Shown here one piece after another: positions 17,753 to 27,546 of a stretch of DNA of 32,000 nt. Every line of letters starts with the position of its first letter. Position 1 is the first letter of the stretch. Source of the stretch: Dysgonomonas gadei ATCC BAA-286. GTDB taxonomy: Bacteria > Bacteroidota > Bacteroidia > Bacteroidales > Dysgonomonadaceae. The notes beneath the pieces were generated by a model. The model did no database searches. It saw nothing but the letters and a program-made list of their open reading frames with translations, and was not told where the DNA came from. The translations under genes were made by a program, and so were the position numbers. The stretch covers positions 77,823 to 109,822 of the forward strand of contig NZ_GL891988.1 of NCBI RefSeq assembly GCF_000213555.1, given 5' to 3'.

Positions 17753-18661
17753 TTATATTTCATTCTTTCTAAAGACTTTCGGAGTAGCCTGCTCACTCTT
17801 TTTAAAGAACTTAATAAAATGTGACGGATCTTCGAATCCCAGACAGAAAGCTATCTCATTGATCGTCCAGTTGGTATGTTTCAGCAAGGCTCTTGCTTCT
17901 AAGGCTATCCGCTCTGAGATTAATAGCTTTGTAGTTTTTCCTGTGACTTCTTTCAGTACCTTGTTCAGGTGATTGACATGGATATTTAGCTGCTGTGCAT
18001 AGTCACCGGGAGAATGAAGGCGAATACTTTGTATGGTCGACTCTATCGGAAACTGTCTTTCCAGTAGTTCGAGGAATAAAGATGTGATTCTGTCAGAGGC
18101 ATGAGATTCTTTATGTCCAACAGGCTGCATTATAGCAGGACGCATCTTTAATGCGGTGTGAATAAGTTCTGTAACCAGATTTCGAAGGACATCGTATTTA
18201 TAGACATAATCGGAATTAATCTCCGAAAACATCTTGTCATAAATTATACGTACCTGCCTGAATTCTTCATCATTCAGATCCAAGATAGGTATTCCATGAG
18301 GCTGAAACAAAGGATAGGCTTTAAAATCGCCATATCCTTTGAAAAAATCTTCCGTGAAAACACAAAATGCGCCTGTCTTATCCAGACTCAAAGGTTCCCA
18401 GTTATAGGGAACCTGAGGATTTGCAAACAACAGCATGTTATTTTCCACAACCAGCGTTTTGTCGGCATAATGAACGGTATTACTACCGGATATCAGGCTT
18501 ATTTTATAGTAATCCTTACGGCTGTATGGGATCGTATGATCCGGTTGTATATAATCATCCAGAGAAAAGACATTGAACTGGCCTATCTTTCCGATAATCT
18601 CACTAGGTAAGATCCCTAATTTAATGCGATAAAAATCTGCTAATGACAATGCCTTTTCCAT
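17753..18661 (-). CDS. AraC-family transcriptional regulator
   Basis: 302 aa. C-terminal double HTH (YAQQLNIHVNHLNKVLKEVTG...INEIAFCLGFEDPSHFIKFFKK). It lies 31 nt downstream of the SDR gene on the same strand. Confidence 0.85.
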   Translation of the reverse strand: MEKALSLADFYRIKLGILPSEIIGKIGQFNVFSLDDYIQPDHTIPYSRKDYYKISLISGSNTVHYADKTLVVENNMLLFANPQVPYNWEPLSLDKTGAFCVFTEDFFKGYGDFKAYPLFQPHGIPILDLNDEEFRQVRIIYDKMFSEINSDYVYKYDVLRNLVTELIHTALKMRPAIMQPVGHKESHASDRITSLFLELLERQFPIESTIQSIRLHSPGDYAQQLNIHVNHLNKVLKEVTGKTTKLLISERIALEARALLKHTNWTINEIAFCLGFEDPSHFIKFFKKSEQATPKVFRKNEI

Positions 18662-18692
18662 TATAATACAAGCTTAAATACTCTTTTCCTTT

Positions 18693-19457
18693 TTAAATAT
18701 TTTGTCCTCCTGAAACCTCAATCCGCTGGGCATTCACCCATCGTGCGTCATCAGTACATAAAAATGCAACTACTCCGCCAATATCCTCGGGCAAACCGAC
18801 TCTTCCTAATGGGATCGTACTGGCGGTTATTTTATTGACCTGTTCGTTATCTCTGACAATACCTCCGCCAAAATCAGTGGCTATAGCACCAGGAGCAACA
18901 GCGTTAGACCGAATACCTCTGGCTCCAAGTTCTTTTGCCTGATATCTTGTTAATACCTCAATAGCTCCTTTCATAGATGCATAAGCGGAATATCCGGGCC
19001 GGGAGAAACGTGCCAGACCTGTTGAGATATTGATGATACCACCTCCGTCTTCGAGTATGTTCAATGCTTTTTGGGTAAAGAAATAAACACCCTTGAAATG
19101 GATATTGAAAAGACTGTCGAAATCCTCTTCGGTTGTTTCGGCAAAAAGAGAATTAATTCCGATGCCTGCGTTATTTACCAGATAGTTTATTTTCTGAGTA
19201 CCAAATTTCACAGACAACTCCTGCTTAAGTAATTCGAAAAAAGAATCGAAGCTTTTTACATCGGCAGTATTGAGTTGGAGAGCAATGGCTTTTTGTCCGA
19301 GTTGCTCTATCTCTGCGATTGTTCCTAAAGCACTTTCCTTTTTGCTGTTGTAGGTAAGGACTACATCCAGCCCTTTACGGGCTATATTTAAAGCCATATT
19401 TTTACCTAGCCCACGGCTGCCGCCTGTTACTAATGCGATTTTTGATTGTTGTGACAT
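18693..19457 (-). CDS. SDR-family short-chain oxidoreductase
   Basis: 254 aa. Cofactor motif TGGSRGLGKNMA, NNAG, and catalytic YSAYASMKGA (YxxxK). Confidence 0.9.
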   Translation of the reverse strand: MSQQSKIALVTGGSRGLGKNMALNIARKGLDVVLTYNSKKESALGTIAEIEQLGQKAIALQLNTADVKSFDSFFELLKQELSVKFGTQKINYLVNNAGIGINSLFAETTEEDFDSLFNIHFKGVYFFTQKALNILEDGGGIINISTGLARFSRPGYSAYASMKGAIEVLTRYQAKELGARGIRSNAVAPGAIATDFGGGIVRDNEQVNKITASTIPLGRVGLPEDIGGVVAFLCTDDARWVNAQRIEVSGGQNI

Positions 19458-19481
19458 AATTCAATAGTTTTAATTACAACA

Positions 19482-19489
19482 CAAAGATA
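19482..19489 (-). promoter_or_regulatory. Candidate Bacteroidota -7 promoter box (TATCTTTG = TAnnTTTG) for the SDR-AraC unit
   Basis: The plus strand reads CAAAGATA. On the minus strand this is TATCTTTG, 25 nt upstream of the SDR ATG (19457). Confidence 0.3.
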
Positions 19490-19573
19490 CTGGTATATAG
19501 CTCATTGATACTGTATGATTCAATCCGCTTATGGTAAAAATCAAATAATTGGCTAGCTTCTCTTCGAAAGACT

Positions 19574-20038
19574 TTAGTTGTATATCAGAATATAAGCATT
19601 TAGATATGTTGCTAAAAACAGCCAAAGAATATAGGGAATAAATAAGATCCCACTCACTTTTTGCGCCGGATAACATTTAAAAGCATAATATAATACACCC
19701 AGATCCAACAAGATAATATTGATAAAACCTAAAAGAGGGTTTTGCAGATAAAAGAATGAAATGCTCCATGTAAAATTAAGGAACAACTGAACCGCAAATA
19801 ATGAGGTGAGAAATTTCTTGTTCCGTTCTTTTGAGTTCAATATCAGCCCAATAGAAATGCCCATACATAGGTATATTATACTCCAAGCAATAGGAAAAGC
19901 TATATTGGGCGGAGTTATTTCCGGTTTATTCAATGTCGGATACCATGTTTGTATAGATTCCGATTGAAAATAACTGGCTGTGAATCCGACTAAAAAACAA
20001 ATTATTACAGGAAGTAATATGTATAAAAATTTTCTCAT
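19574..20038 (-). CDS. tspO: TspO/MBR family tryptophan-rich sensory protein
   Basis: 154 aa with five hydrophobic helices. WYPTLNKPEITPPNIAFPIAWSIIYLCMGIS and a Trp-rich pattern are typical of TspO. Confidence 0.8.
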   Translation of the reverse strand: MRKFLYILLPVIICFLVGFTASYFQSESIQTWYPTLNKPEITPPNIAFPIAWSIIYLCMGISIGLILNSKERNKKFLTSLFAVQLFLNFTWSISFFYLQNPLLGFINIILLDLGVLYYAFKCYPAQKVSGILFIPYILWLFLATYLNAYILIYN

Positions 20039-20068
20039 ATGGATGAATGTTAGTTCTTGTTATCGCTG

Positions 20069-20500
20069 TTATGCTATGATCTCCCAATCCTCAATCCCTC
20101 CTTCTATTGTTTCAAATAAAGGATGCGGTTTTAACTCAGTCAATGCAGGTAGCTTTATAAAAAGTTCCGGGCTTCGTTTTTGAAGTTTTCGCCTCAGATG
20201 CTCATACTCATATTCCAATTGCCCTTTGGTTACAGGGATGGGAGAAATATACTCAATCATCCGGATCTTTTCTTTGCTATATGAAAAATTCCTTCTCATA
20301 GCTTCTTTGTATACTTCGGTAAGGAAAGCATCGATGTAGAGATTTGGATCAGGACTATTCTTAAAACGAATCAATTGAGGGTGATTCATATATCCCTTGG
20401 TCTTTCCTAAAAGCACATTCTTAGCCAATAACCCTTCACGCCACGAGGCATTAAGCCCTGCCGAGTCAAGATACTGAGGATGTAAAGACCATAACCGCAT
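20069..20500 (-). CDS. Pyrimidine dimer DNA glycosylase / endonuclease V family protein
   Basis: 143 aa. The N-terminus MRLWSLHPQYLDSAGLNASWREGLLAKNVLLGKTKGYMNHPQLIRF matches the conserved start of this family as I remember it. Confidence 0.7.
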   Translation of the reverse strand: MRLWSLHPQYLDSAGLNASWREGLLAKNVLLGKTKGYMNHPQLIRFKNSPDPNLYIDAFLTEVYKEAMRRNFSYSKEKIRMIEYISPIPVTKGQLEYEYEHLRRKLQKRSPELFIKLPALTELKPHPLFETIEGGIEDWEIIA

Positions 20501-20503
20501 GTA

Positions 20504-20983
20504 TTATTTTGCTAAGAGTTTTTCGATAGTCCCCGCAATCTTTGACGGATTAGTTATCGGAGCATATCGGTCAATGACATTTCCTTCTCTGTCGATCAGG
20601 AACTTAGTAAAGTTCCATTTTATAGAATCCCCTAGGATTCCTTTGCTATTTTGCTTCAGGTATTTATAAAGAGGATCTGCATTATCTCCGTTTACCTCAA
20701 TCTTGCCAAATGTGGTAAATGTAGTTTTATACTTCATTTCGCAGAAAGAGGTAATTTCATCATTGGTTCCGGGGGCCTGTTTTCCAAACTGATTGCACGG
20801 AAAATCCAATATTTCAAAGCCCTGATCCTTATATTTAAGATATAAATCCTGTAAATCCTTATACTGTGGGGTGAAGCCACATGCCGTAGCTGTATTAACA
20901 ATCAGCAGCACCTTTCCCTTATAGTTGGATAACGGGACATCATTGCCTTTGCTACTCTTTACGGTAAAATCATATATACTCAT
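20504..20983 (-). CDS. Glutathione peroxidase (Cys-type)
   Basis: 159 aa. [12 protein letters not shown] (Cys codon TGT, plus-strand ACA at 20879-20881), FPCNQFGKQ and [12 protein letters not shown]. Its stop codon lies 3 nt upstream of the start codon of the downstream glycosylase gene. Confidence 0.9.
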   Translation of the reverse strand: MSIYDFTVKSSKGNDVPLSNYKGKVLLIVNTATACGFTPQYKDLQDLYLKYKDQGFEILDFPCNQFGKQAPGTNDEITSFCEMKYKTTFTTFGKIEVNGDNADPLYKYLKQNSKGILGDSIKWNFTKFLIDREGNVIDRYAPITNPSKIAGTIEKLLAK

Positions 20984-21086
20984 AATATACTTGTTTTACG
21001 ATATACAACAATCTCAAACGATTTTAGATTAGACGGTGGTAATTTTTATTGAAATATCCTTTACTCGCTTTATAAATAGACATTGA

Positions 21087-21449
21087 TTATTTCAATAGTA
21101 AGATGACAATTGCAATCAGAGCGGGCAAAGCCTGCTTGAAGAAGATTGATTTCTGAGCAGTGATAGCTCCATAAATTCCGGCAATAGCGACACAGCTAAG
21201 AAAGAATAATGCTATATTCTGGCTCCAGTCCGGACTGTCAATCAACAAAGACCAGATGAGTCCGGCTGCCAGAAATCCATTGTACAAACCTTGATTAGCA
21301 GCCAGTCCTTTGGTCTTCTCGAATAACTCATCCGGTATACTTTTGAATGTCTTACGTCCCTTTGTCGTCCATGCAAACATTTCAAGCCAAAGGATATAAA
21401 TATGCTCAAGAGCTACAAGCCCTATTAATATTTTAGATAATATTTCCAT
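21087..21449 (-). CDS. Small integral membrane protein, DUF1304-like
   Basis: 120 aa with four hydrophobic segments. The N-terminus LIGLVALEHIYILWLEMFAWTTKGRKTF resembles DUF1304 proteins. Confidence 0.6.
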   Translation of the reverse strand: MEILSKILIGLVALEHIYILWLEMFAWTTKGRKTFKSIPDELFEKTKGLAANQGLYNGFLAAGLIWSLLIDSPDWSQNIALFFLSCVAIAGIYGAITAQKSIFFKQALPALIAIVILLLK

Positions 21450-21741
21450 CTGCCTAACCTTTATAATAGTATTTACTGTACGAAGTTATATATTTAAAGA
21501 ATACAGTGTTTCCCCAAAAGATTTATTTTACAAGACGATTCTTACATTCTTTGTCTTTTTTCATTTCTTTTTTCTGATTTTTCTTTTCATTTTATGTTAA
21601 ATAGTAAAAATGCCATCGATCGAATAACTATAAATAATGAGATTCTATATTATAAATCGCAATTTCTAGGTATTTATATAGATAAAAGAAAGAACGAATT
21701 TTGCATTGTATTTTAATTTTTGTGAAAATAACAATAAAAAA

Positions 21742-24612
21742 ATGAATAAGATAAAGATTAAGAATATCCAAAATATTTGGATAAAATTAAACTCTCCATT
21801 CAAAATCATAGCTTCCATTCTCATCCTCTTTTTTTCTTGCATATCTTTTGCTAACGCTCAAAGTCCTAAATATAGTATTTCCGGAAAAATCCTTGAGGAA
21901 AGTGATCAAAAACAATTGGTAGGGATGGAATATGTAACGGTTTCTATTCCTGAATATGCGATGGGGACAGTAACTAATGAGGATGGATATTTTGCCATGC
22001 AAAATATTCCTTCCGGAAAAGTAAGATTTAAAGCCAAGTATGTAGGCATGCTTGAGATTGACACATTGCTTGAAGTCAATAAAGATATCTCATTATCATT
22101 TACATTGAAAAAAGAGAACTTCAGGCTATCGACAGTAGTTATTACAGCGACGAATAATAAGGCCGGACAATCTACGGCATCTTTCATATCCCGTAATGCG
22201 ATTGATCACCTCCAGGCAACTAACTTATCAGATATTGCATCATTACTGCCGGGAGGTCTAACATCTAATCCTAACCTGACGAATGCTAAGCAGATTAAAA
22301 TTAGAGAAGTCTCGGCCGATAACTTGGGAGTTTCAATGATGAATACTTTTGGTTTATCTATTATCAAAGATGGCTCACCTATCTCTAATAATGCTAATTT
22401 GCAGCTAATGAGTCCTTCTGTTGCCGGAGCAACAACAACTTTAGCGGGTGGTACTCCTCCAACCGGCGGAACAGATCTTCGGCTGATTTCTACTGATAAT
22501 ATAGAATCGGTAGAGATTATAAGAGGCATTCCTTCTGTACAATATGGGGACCTCACCTCTGGAGCTATTATTATAAACTCGAGAGCAGGTCAGCACCCTC
22601 TACGTGTCGCAGCCAAGACAAATTCAAATGTTTATCAGTTTTCAGCTGCATCAGGATTCAATCTGGGAGGTAATAAAGGTGCTTTAAATGTAAGTGGAGA
22701 TTATGCGCATAATACCAATGATCCTACAGAGTCATATAAAACTTACGAACGTAGTAATATTAAGGTTCTTTATTCTAACCGGTTTTTTGATCGGTTATCT
22801 ACAAATACATCGATTGATTTAGTTTATGGTGCTGATAGAAGAAGGCAGAATCCCGATGATGAAATAACCAAGCTGCATCAAAAAGGAGATAACATTGGCG
22901 GAACCCTTAATACGAATGGTATTTTACGGATCGCTACCCCGTGGTTGTCGAATATACGGTATGTTGCCTCTGCTTCTTATACATCCAAAAAGAGTTATAT
23001 GTCTCAATTGTATACAAATGCGACATCTCCCTATTCGATGACGACAAATGATGGAACTGTTTTATCCAACAGACCCGGAGTCGATATTTTTGACAATAAT
23101 GGTAATAAAATTACAAACTTCAGTGATGCAGATGCAAATTTATATGCAGTCCAACTGCCTGCTAGTTATGAAGGTAGATATGATATAGAAGGAAAAGAAG
23201 TGAATGTGTTTGCTAAACTGATGGGTACTCTGTTTAAGCGATTGGGAAATACAAACCATACTATTTTAGTCGGGGCTGATTTCAAAACTGACGGAAATGA
23301 AGGAGCTGGTAAAACTTTTAGCCAGACAGAACCTCCTTATAGAGATCTAAGTGCTCCAAACGCCTCTTTCCGACCAAGAAGCTATAAAGATATCCCCTAT
23401 GTTAAGCAATTGGGATTATTTGCCGAAGAAAATTTTAGATACAGCTTTGGAGACCACAAACTTCAGATAACCGGAGGGCTTAGATATGATAAAATATCGG
23501 TAGTAAAAGATGTTTTCTCTCCCCGGGTAAATGCTTCTTTCGAAATAATTCCTCAAAAACTCTCTATCCGGGGAGGGTATGGGGTAACGGCAAAAGCCCC
23601 GAGCACCCTGTTTCTATATCCCGAATTAGCATATTTTGAATATGTAAATATAGATGAGTTAAGCAACGAGGCTATCCCTGAAAGTGAAAGATTGTATATT
23701 ACAACTACGCGCGTATTCGATACGCAGAATAAAAACCTGAAAATAGCCAAAAGTAAAAAAGCTGAGGTAGGTTTTGACTTGAATATAAAGCAAGCTACCT
23801 TATCAGTAACCGGCTTCATTGACAGATTACAGGATGGTTACTCCATGTCTCCTACAATAAATAGTTTCAGGCCGGTCACCTATTATGCTTACCAAAGGAT
23901 TAATGACGAGATTGTACAAACAGAGGCCTTACCTGTTTTAGCAAAATATTATACACCGACTAATAATATACAATCTAAAGCTAAAGGAGTTGAATTTGAT
24001 CTCAACTTGGGACGTTTTGATGCTATCAGAACTGCATTTTCTATAAATGGGATGTGGATCAGGAATCAAAGTTATTCGAGCGATTATACCTTTTTTGATG
24101 GTAATAGCGGAACGGGTGAGAAAAACCGGACTCATATAGCATTGTATGAGAAAGGAATGGAAAAGAATAACTACCAGCGATTTACTACTACATTGAGAGC
24201 CACGCACAATATTCCTGAAATAGGTTTTGTTGTTACTCTGACAGCGCAGGCTATCTGGAACGAATCGCAATGGTACAATTACGGAAACGACTCTATTCCT
24301 GTAAAATATATATCGAAGAATGATGGATTAGTATATGATTTTGACCCGGGTAGGAAAGATGAAGCTGAATTTAAGCCATTAATCCGACAGGTTAATGATA
24401 AATACTATATCAGAGAGAATTATCCTCCTGCATATACATTTAATATAAATGTAACGAAGGAATTAGGCAATTATATGCGGGTTTCATTTTTTGCCAATAA
24501 TATGTTTCGAACTTATTATAAAATTAGATCTAACCGGGAACCTAGTACTTACAGGAATAGGAAACAACAGCAACAGTTCTTTTTTGGGATGGAACTATCT
24601 CTGACATTGTAA
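21742..24612 (+). CDS. TonB-dependent receptor (CarboxypepD_reg-like N-terminus, plug, barrel; no STN domain)
   Basis: ATG at 21742 (the ORF-track start at 21706 is TTG). Signal peptide SFANAQ. ISGKILEE...GYFAMQNIPSGKVRFKAKYVG. Plug region ATNLSDIASLLPGG...IESVEIIRGIPSVQYGDLTSGAIIINSR. Long beta-rich barrel. Confidence 0.85.
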   Translation: MNKIKIKNIQNIWIKLNSPFKIIASILILFFSCISFANAQSPKYSISGKILEESDQKQLVGMEYVTVSIPEYAMGTVTNEDGYFAMQNIPSGKVRFKAKYVGMLEIDTLLEVNKDISLSFTLKKENFRLSTVVITATNNKAGQSTASFISRNAIDHLQATNLSDIASLLPGGLTSNPNLTNAKQIKIREVSADNLGVSMMNTFGLSIIKDGSPISNNANLQLMSPSVAGATTTLAGGTPPTGGTDLRLISTDNIESVEIIRGIPSVQYGDLTSGAIIINSRAGQHPLRVAAKTNSNVYQFSAASGFNLGGNKGALNVSGDYAHNTNDPTESYKTYERSNIKVLYSNRFFDRLSTNTSIDLVYGADRRRQNPDDEITKLHQKGDNIGGTLNTNGILRIATPWLSNIRYVASASYTSKKSYMSQLYTNATSPYSMTTNDGTVLSNRPGVDIFDNNGNKITNFSDADANLYAVQLPASYEGRYDIEGKEVNVFAKLMGTLFKRLGNTNHTILVGADFKTDGNEGAGKTFSQTEPPYRDLSAPNASFRPRSYKDIPYVKQLGLFAEENFRYSFGDHKLQITGGLRYDKISVVKDVFSPRVNASFEIIPQKLSIRGGYGVTAKAPSTLFLYPELAYFEYVNIDELSNEAIPESERLYITTTRVFDTQNKNLKIAKSKKAEVGFDLNIKQATLSVTGFIDRLQDGYSMSPTINSFRPVTYYAYQRINDEIVQTEALPVLAKYYTPTNNIQSKAKGVEFDLNLGRFDAIRTAFSINGMWIRNQSYSSDYTFFDGNSGTGEKNRTHIALYEKGMEKNNYQRFTTTLRATHNIPEIGFVVTLTAQAIWNESQWYNYGNDSIPVKYISKNDGLVYDFDPGRKDEAEFKPLIRQVNDKYYIRENYPPAYTFNINVTKELGNYMRVSFFANNMFRTYYKIRSNREPSTYRNRKQQQQFFFGMELSLTL

Positions 24613-24638
24613 AAGTAATATAAACCAGTAATAAGAAA

Positions 24639-25889
24639 ATGAAAACAAAAAACATACTAGCATATATCCTGTTATTTAGCTCGCTCTTATTTATGGCTTG
24701 CAATTCTTTTGAAGAAGCATCCGATGCTGGGGAAGTTAGCGAAATAGATGTAAAAATTAGTGTACAGTCCTTAGTTCCCGGAGTAACTTCATACGAAGGT
24801 TTTACTATTACATTTAAAAATGTAAAATACGGTACTGTCTATACCTCCGAACTTAATGAAAGTTCAATAACGCAATTGAAAGTTATTCCGGGCATTTATC
24901 AGATTGACGTAAGCGGAGAGTTTATCGATGATTCTCATGATACTTATTTATTGAATGGAAATAAAGTAAACTTCCCGGTTGTTGAAGACGGAGCTACGAT
25001 AGATATAACTGTAAATGGATTGCGTAAGAATGATTTAATGTTTAAGGAAATATTCTATGCAGGTACTGCGAATTTTTATTTTAGGAATCAATTTTACGAA
25101 ATATATAACAACTCTGAAGATCAGATAATATATCTCGATGGAGTTCACTTTGCCAATTTAGCCCCGCTTACAGCTACAACAAAACTTCCCCTATGGCCGG
25201 AAGAAGATGGAGATAGATACGTGTATGCAGAACGTGTATGGAAATTTCCCGGAAATGGGACAGATTACCCTCTGGCACCGGGAGAATCGTGTGTTATTTC
25301 TCAGTTCGCTGCTAACCACCAATTACCTCAATATAATCCGAACTCCCCGATAAATGGATTTTCCTCTGAATTTGAGTTCAATATGGATAATGCTAATTAT
25401 CCGGATCAGCCAGCCATAGATATGACGCATGTATTCTATGACGGATTAGAGACAAAAGGAAGTTTACCTCAATATTTGACATCTGTCTTTGGAGGAGCAT
25501 ACGTTATTTTTAAACCTCTTGCGGGGGATGTTTACGACCCTGTAAATGATCTGTCTATGCGAACCAAGGATTTATCTGTCACGGCGACCAAATTGTATGC
25601 CAAAATTCCGATAACCTATGTTATAGATGCAGTAGAAGCAGGGCATAATGAGAGTATGCTTACAGCTAAACGTGTTCCGGCAGCGTTAGACAAAGGTATG
25701 ACATATGTTGGGGCTACGTATAATTCACAGGGAGTGGCTCGTAAAAAAATAGGAGAGCATAAAGATGGGACACCTATTTTGCAAGACCTCAATAATAGTA
25801 CAGAGGACTTTGATAGAGGAGTTGTCCCTGAATTCAGACGTTATGGATCAAAGATGCCAAGTTGGAATCATACGTTGTCCAATAAATAA
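24639..25889 (+). CDS. Surface lipoprotein with a lamin-tail-domain-like C-terminal half (possibly DUF4876 family)
   Basis: 416 aa. LLFMAC|NSFEEASDAGE (lipobox plus acidic tail). LTD-like FKEIFYAGTANFYFRNQFYEIYNNSEDQIIYLDGVHF. It starts 26 nt after the TBDT stop. Confidence 0.65.
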   Translation: MKTKNILAYILLFSSLLFMACNSFEEASDAGEVSEIDVKISVQSLVPGVTSYEGFTITFKNVKYGTVYTSELNESSITQLKVIPGIYQIDVSGEFIDDSHDTYLLNGNKVNFPVVEDGATIDITVNGLRKNDLMFKEIFYAGTANFYFRNQFYEIYNNSEDQIIYLDGVHFANLAPLTATTKLPLWPEEDGDRYVYAERVWKFPGNGTDYPLAPGESCVISQFAANHQLPQYNPNSPINGFSSEFEFNMDNANYPDQPAIDMTHVFYDGLETKGSLPQYLTSVFGGAYVIFKPLAGDVYDPVNDLSMRTKDLSVTATKLYAKIPITYVIDAVEAGHNESMLTAKRVPAALDKGMTYVGATYNSQGVARKKIGEHKDGTPILQDLNNSTEDFDRGVVPEFRRYGSKMPSWNHTLSNK

Positions 25890-25914
25890 AGATTGAAGAC
25901 TAAAAAAGAAAAAG

Positions 25915-27468
25915 ATGAAGAATATTAAACAACTTGTTTCGGCAATTATCCTATTTGTATTCTCAATGGTTGCGTATGGACAAGATAAAATAAACACTCC
26001 TGCTGCATTTGAAACATTCAAAGATAGAAGCCAATGGATGTACACAAATAATGCTGCCGGTTTGTTACTGGATAAACCGATAGATTACGCGGAGGTAAAA
26101 TTCTCATACGATTCTCATTCGGGTAGTTTCCATCGTCCACAAACAGGAGAGAAAATCAATGATCTCAAGTTTGATGTTGAAGGAGCTGTATTTGTGGGAA
26201 ATGTATATGCTTGGGGTAAGTTTAACTATACTCGTTCTAATATTAAAGATACCCAATTTAATGCTTCTATTATTGATCCGTACCGGGATATGCCATATAT
26301 GGTTGCAGATACCAATATGAGTAAGTGGAACAATCAGATCTACGATTTACAGTTCAAAGTGGTGACACCTAAAATATGGAATAAATTGTCCCTGGGGTTA
26401 GAAGGTAGCTACAATGCTGCTAGTGGAGCTAAGCAACGGGATATTCGCACCGAAAACTACTTCTATATATTACAGGTAAAACCGGGAATTGTATACTCTA
26501 TCAATAATAACCATCACATAGGTGCAAATTTTGATTTCCAAACATTAAAGGAAGAATCGAATATGTCCAATGTGAATGTCTATGTAGATCAGAACTACTA
26601 TGCTTTGTATGGATTGGGGACAGCTACCAGGGGACTGGGATCCGGGCGTACGACAAATTATGAAGGAAATGGTATTGGAGGAGGATTTCAGTATAATTAT
26701 CAGGGATTCTTCAATTTGCTATTTTCATCAAATTATAATTATAAAGTAGAGGATGTAAAAATATCATTTACATCGCCTGAAGAAAATGCAACAGTCAAGA
26801 GTAAAATATGGAGTGGTAAGTTGCAATTGAATAAACGGCTCAATAAAACCACTCACTATTTAACCCTGAATTATGCAGATAAGAAAATAGACGGAATTGA
26901 AGCTATAACACAATATGATAATACAGAGAATCAGAGTGGATATGTAACTATATATAAAGATATACGCTCAAAGTATAAGTTTCAACAAGCATCACTCGAT
27001 TATGATTTTACAATTGACAGAGACTTGGAATATAATTGGAAATTCGGAATTGGAGTGAAATATACAAACAAAGAAGATGTCTATCTTACTCCGCGATCTG
27101 AAAAAAATGCCGAAAATCTTATTGCTCAATTCAGAATAAAAAAGAATTTTATTCTTTCAGATGATGTATTAAAGAGAAGAGTGTTATTGGGAGCCGACTA
27201 TAGTTATAATAACAATCTGTCGGGAGGATACAGTTACAATGGCAGCCATCCTGAATATATAGTTGTTACCCAATTTGAACAGACTGATACAGATTATCTT
27301 AATTCCAACTTTTATTCCTTGGGCGCAAATCTAACATATTCTCAAAAGATAAAAAAAGATATACTGGCCAATCTGTTTGCTAAGGCTGAGTTTAGATATA
27401 CGAAAGCTACTTCTTATGAGTTTGGTAATCGAAATCGATTACAAATATCAATAGGATGTAATTTCTAA
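25915..27468 (+). CDS. Outer-membrane beta-barrel protein of unknown function (possibly DUF6850 family)
   Basis: 517 aa. Signal peptide MVAYGQ. Alternating aromatic/polar strand pattern rich in Y/N/G. C-terminal ISIGCNF (terminal Phe). Confidence 0.65.
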   Translation: MKNIKQLVSAIILFVFSMVAYGQDKINTPAAFETFKDRSQWMYTNNAAGLLLDKPIDYAEVKFSYDSHSGSFHRPQTGEKINDLKFDVEGAVFVGNVYAWGKFNYTRSNIKDTQFNASIIDPYRDMPYMVADTNMSKWNNQIYDLQFKVVTPKIWNKLSLGLEGSYNAASGAKQRDIRTENYFYILQVKPGIVYSINNNHHIGANFDFQTLKEESNMSNVNVYVDQNYYALYGLGTATRGLGSGRTTNYEGNGIGGGFQYNYQGFFNLLFSSNYNYKVEDVKISFTSPEENATVKSKIWSGKLQLNKRLNKTTHYLTLNYADKKIDGIEAITQYDNTENQSGYVTIYKDIRSKYKFQQASLDYDFTIDRDLEYNWKFGIGVKYTNKEDVYLTPRSEKNAENLIAQFRIKKNFILSDDVLKRRVLLGADYSYNNNLSGGYSYNGSHPEYIVVTQFEQTDTDYLNSNFYSLGANLTYSQKIKKDILANLFAKAEFRYTKATSYEFGNRNRLQISIGCNF

Positions 27469-27477
27469 ATAATTCAG

Positions 27478-27511
27478 TAAAGGAAATGAAGAAATCACTT
27501 CATTTCCTTTA
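27478..27511 (+). terminator. Strong intra-operon hairpin (attenuator, partial terminator or RNA-stability element)
   Basis: Perfect 14-bp stem TAAAGGAAATGAAG (27478-27491) / CTTCATTTCCTTTA (27498-27511) with a 6-nt loop. It sits in the 78-nt gap after the barrel gene. There is only a weak T-run afterwards. Confidence 0.5.
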
Positions 27512-27546
27512 CTTCATTTATAAAGATCAAAAAAACTAAAATAGAG

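Noticed and set aside
19470-19676. 68-aa minus-strand ORF overlapping the 3' end of tspO
   Set aside because: It is out of frame with and overlaps a well-supported TspO CDS. It has no recognisable features.
20879-20881. Selenocysteine in the glutathione peroxidase
   Set aside because: The active-site codon is TGT (Cys), not TGA, and the ORF is uninterrupted.
9542-21741. Riboswitches (e.g. cobalamin) or known sRNAs in the leaders of the two TonB receptor genes (9542-9718 and 21450-21741)
   Set aside because: I could not recognise a B12 box or other conserved riboswitch cores by eye. An Infernal scan is needed before making any claim.
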